Below are positions 62,579 through 64,000 of a stretch of 64,000 nucleotides of DNA, piece by piece. Source of the stretch: a virus. The DNA is taken from positions 1-64,000 of the IMG/VR virus record IMGVR_UViG_3300025314_000001. The stretch is one strand, 5' to 3'. Made by a program: the position numbers and the translations under genes. Under the pieces are notes generated by a model. That model had not been told where the DNA came from. It saw only the letters and a list, made by a program, of their open reading frames with translations, and did not search any database. How positions within the stretch are numbered: the first letter of the stretch is position 1; every line of letters starts with the position of its first letter.

Positions 62579-62913
62579 CCAACGACCCACGCACTTGGGC
62601 CTATGGCCACTTACTGAGAGAGCCGGGCGGCAAAACCCCGCCTCTAGTTCGCCAGTTGCGCCGGACGGCCATTGCTGGCATCAGGCGCGCCCTTAGGGAC
62701 GCCAATAGCGCCACTGCCGCGGCCAGGGCACTAGGACTGAGCTACCACGCTCTGATGCGTTTAGTGCGAGCCCATAGGAGCGAGCTCGGAGCAGCCTATG
62801 AGGCCTGCGCCAATACGGCCTGCCGACCCAAGACGGGGCCCACGCAACCATTGCATGGTGCCTATGACGTGGACGCCATACCGGTCGAGCGCGGGGACCA
62901 GGGCACCAAGTAG
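62575..62913 (+). CDS. Fis-like HTH DNA-binding protein
   Basis: IRRALRDANSATAAARALGLSYHALMRL; ATGA overlap. Confidence 0.65.
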   Translation: MTNDPRTWAYGHLLREPGGKTPPLVRQLRRTAIAGIRRALRDANSATAAARALGLSYHALMRLVRAHRSELGAAYEACANTACRPKTGPTQPLHGAYDVDAIPVERGDQGTK

Positions 62914-63274
62914 CCGTAACCACTAAGGTTTCTTGGCGCACCGGGCGTTCGACTGACTGTCGGCCAGTCGTTAGCTATGACATTAGCGCCATACCGGGCT
63001 AGTGGACCAGATCGGTACCCGGCCTGGTTTCGCGGACTTGGCCTACCCGTTGCGGCTATGGCGTGCATGGCATAGCTCATGCATTAGCAGTGGGCATGAG
63101 CCGCAACGCAAGGCGGCCCAGGCCCGCACCCCGCAAGGGGCCGGGCCTTCGGGCGTTAGAGGGAGCCCCGCCGTAGGCGGCCGTCACCCCTCGCCCCATA
63201 TCGAAACGGGAGTCGGCTCGTGTCTAGCGAGCGCCACCCAACCCACCCAACCCACCCAACCCAAGGGACCAATC

Positions 63275-63586
63275 ATGAACACCGTCGCAACCGTCTCATG
63301 CACCTACGCGAAACTGCACAACGGCAGTTGGGGAATTCGTGCCAAGGGCATCGTAACGGCCGGCGAGACCGTTACGGTCACCAAACGGGACGGCACCACG
63401 AAAACCGAAACGGTTGGCCGGGTGCTGTCTTGCAAAGACGGCCTGAGCATTTGCGCCATCGAGCAGGCTACCTCAGGCAGCCGGGGCGGACGGCGAGGCA
63501 GCCGGAGCGCCCGCCGGGAATGCGACGAATGCGGGGAGTATGCCACCCCCGGCACGGTTTGCTGGGAGACCGGTTGCACACACTGA
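63275..63586 (+). CDS. Small phage protein with C-terminal zinc ribbon
   Basis: AAGGGA RBS; GETVTVTKRDG; CDEC...CWETG..H. Confidence 0.7.
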   Translation: MNTVATVSCTYAKLHNGSWGIRAKGIVTAGETVTVTKRDGTTKTETVGRVLSCKDGLSICAIEQATSGSRGGRRGSRSARRECDECGEYATPGTVCWETGCTH

Positions 63587-63594
63587 TCTTTTGG

Positions 63595-63622
63595 TTGACA
63601 ATACCGTATCATGCGCTATTCT
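63595..63622 (+). promoter_or_regulatory. Sigma70-like promoter
   Basis: TTGACA-N16-TATTCT just upstream of ATG 63632. Confidence 0.6.
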
Positions 63623-63631
63623 AGGATCAAC

Positions 63632-63919
63632 ATGAGCCGCACCGACCTTCTCACCGAACTGACCGGTATTCTCGCCGAGACGGCCGACCCTAGGTCGCGC
63701 AACGACCGCCACCTAGGGGAGGTCATCTGGCAGTTGGTCGACCGGCTGCGCTTTTGGGGCGCCGGTGTTTACGAGCCGCGCGGGCTCTCGGACGCCGGGC
63801 TCTCGGATGATGATCTGCACAAGGTCTCACTCTACCACCTACCCCCCTACGCCCAGGACGAACTGTTCGCCCGGTTCGACGCTCAAATCGCTGCAATGCT
63901 CGGGAGCGATGCCCAATGA
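63632..63919 (+). CDS. Hypothetical protein
   Basis: Start MSRTDLL after the promoter. Confidence 0.6.
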   Translation: MSRTDLLTELTGILAETADPRSRNDRHLGEVIWQLVDRLRFWGAGVYEPRGLSDAGLSDDDLHKVSLYHLPPYAQDELFARFDAQIAAMLGSDAQ

Positions 63920-64000
63920 ACAAGCGCTCTAATCACCCTGCCTACGCCGCCATGCTGGCCGCCAGCAAAGCAACCGGCCTACCCCGATCTTTCGAGACCG

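Noticed and set aside
63234-63262. CACCCAACC x3 short tandem repeat
   Set aside because: A short intergenic repeat with no supporting context for an iteron or regulatory role.

Overview
GC-rich tailed-phage (or prophage) DNA with a contractile, myovirus-type tail. Lipoprotein style suggests a myxobacterial host (inference). 1-1447 is the distal part of a CRISPR array: a 36-bp repeat, 19 full copies, 20 spacers, one spacer duplicated, and no cas gene in the window. 1448-9338 (+) holds small early genes, a natural SbcD-SbcC (Mre11-Rad50) fusion and an HNH homing endonuclease. About 9335-61330 (-) is one long late operon. In transcription order it carries a degenerate tRNA, three tiny basic peptides, PAPS-reductase-like and ParB-like genes, TerS/TerL, portal, MuF, scaffold, capsid and neck genes. 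It continues with a glycosyltransferase/methyltransferase/bacterioferritin block, sheath, tube, a -1 frameshifted chaperone, tape measure, baseplate, collagen-like fibres/tailspikes and a three-enzyme lysis region. 61525-64000 (+) holds small early genes. The most novel-looking items are: (i) two unannotated paralogous peptides ending RFSKAxGGGAIRFTPGxGSSAG directly upstream of the PP-loop and ParB/Srx enzymes; (ii) two extra, catalytically degenerate copies of the terminase ATPase Walker B region; (iii) a candidate virion glycosylation/methylation system for Thr-rich collagen fibres; (iv) the phage-borne CRISPR array. All calls come from reading motifs by eye; no database searches were run.
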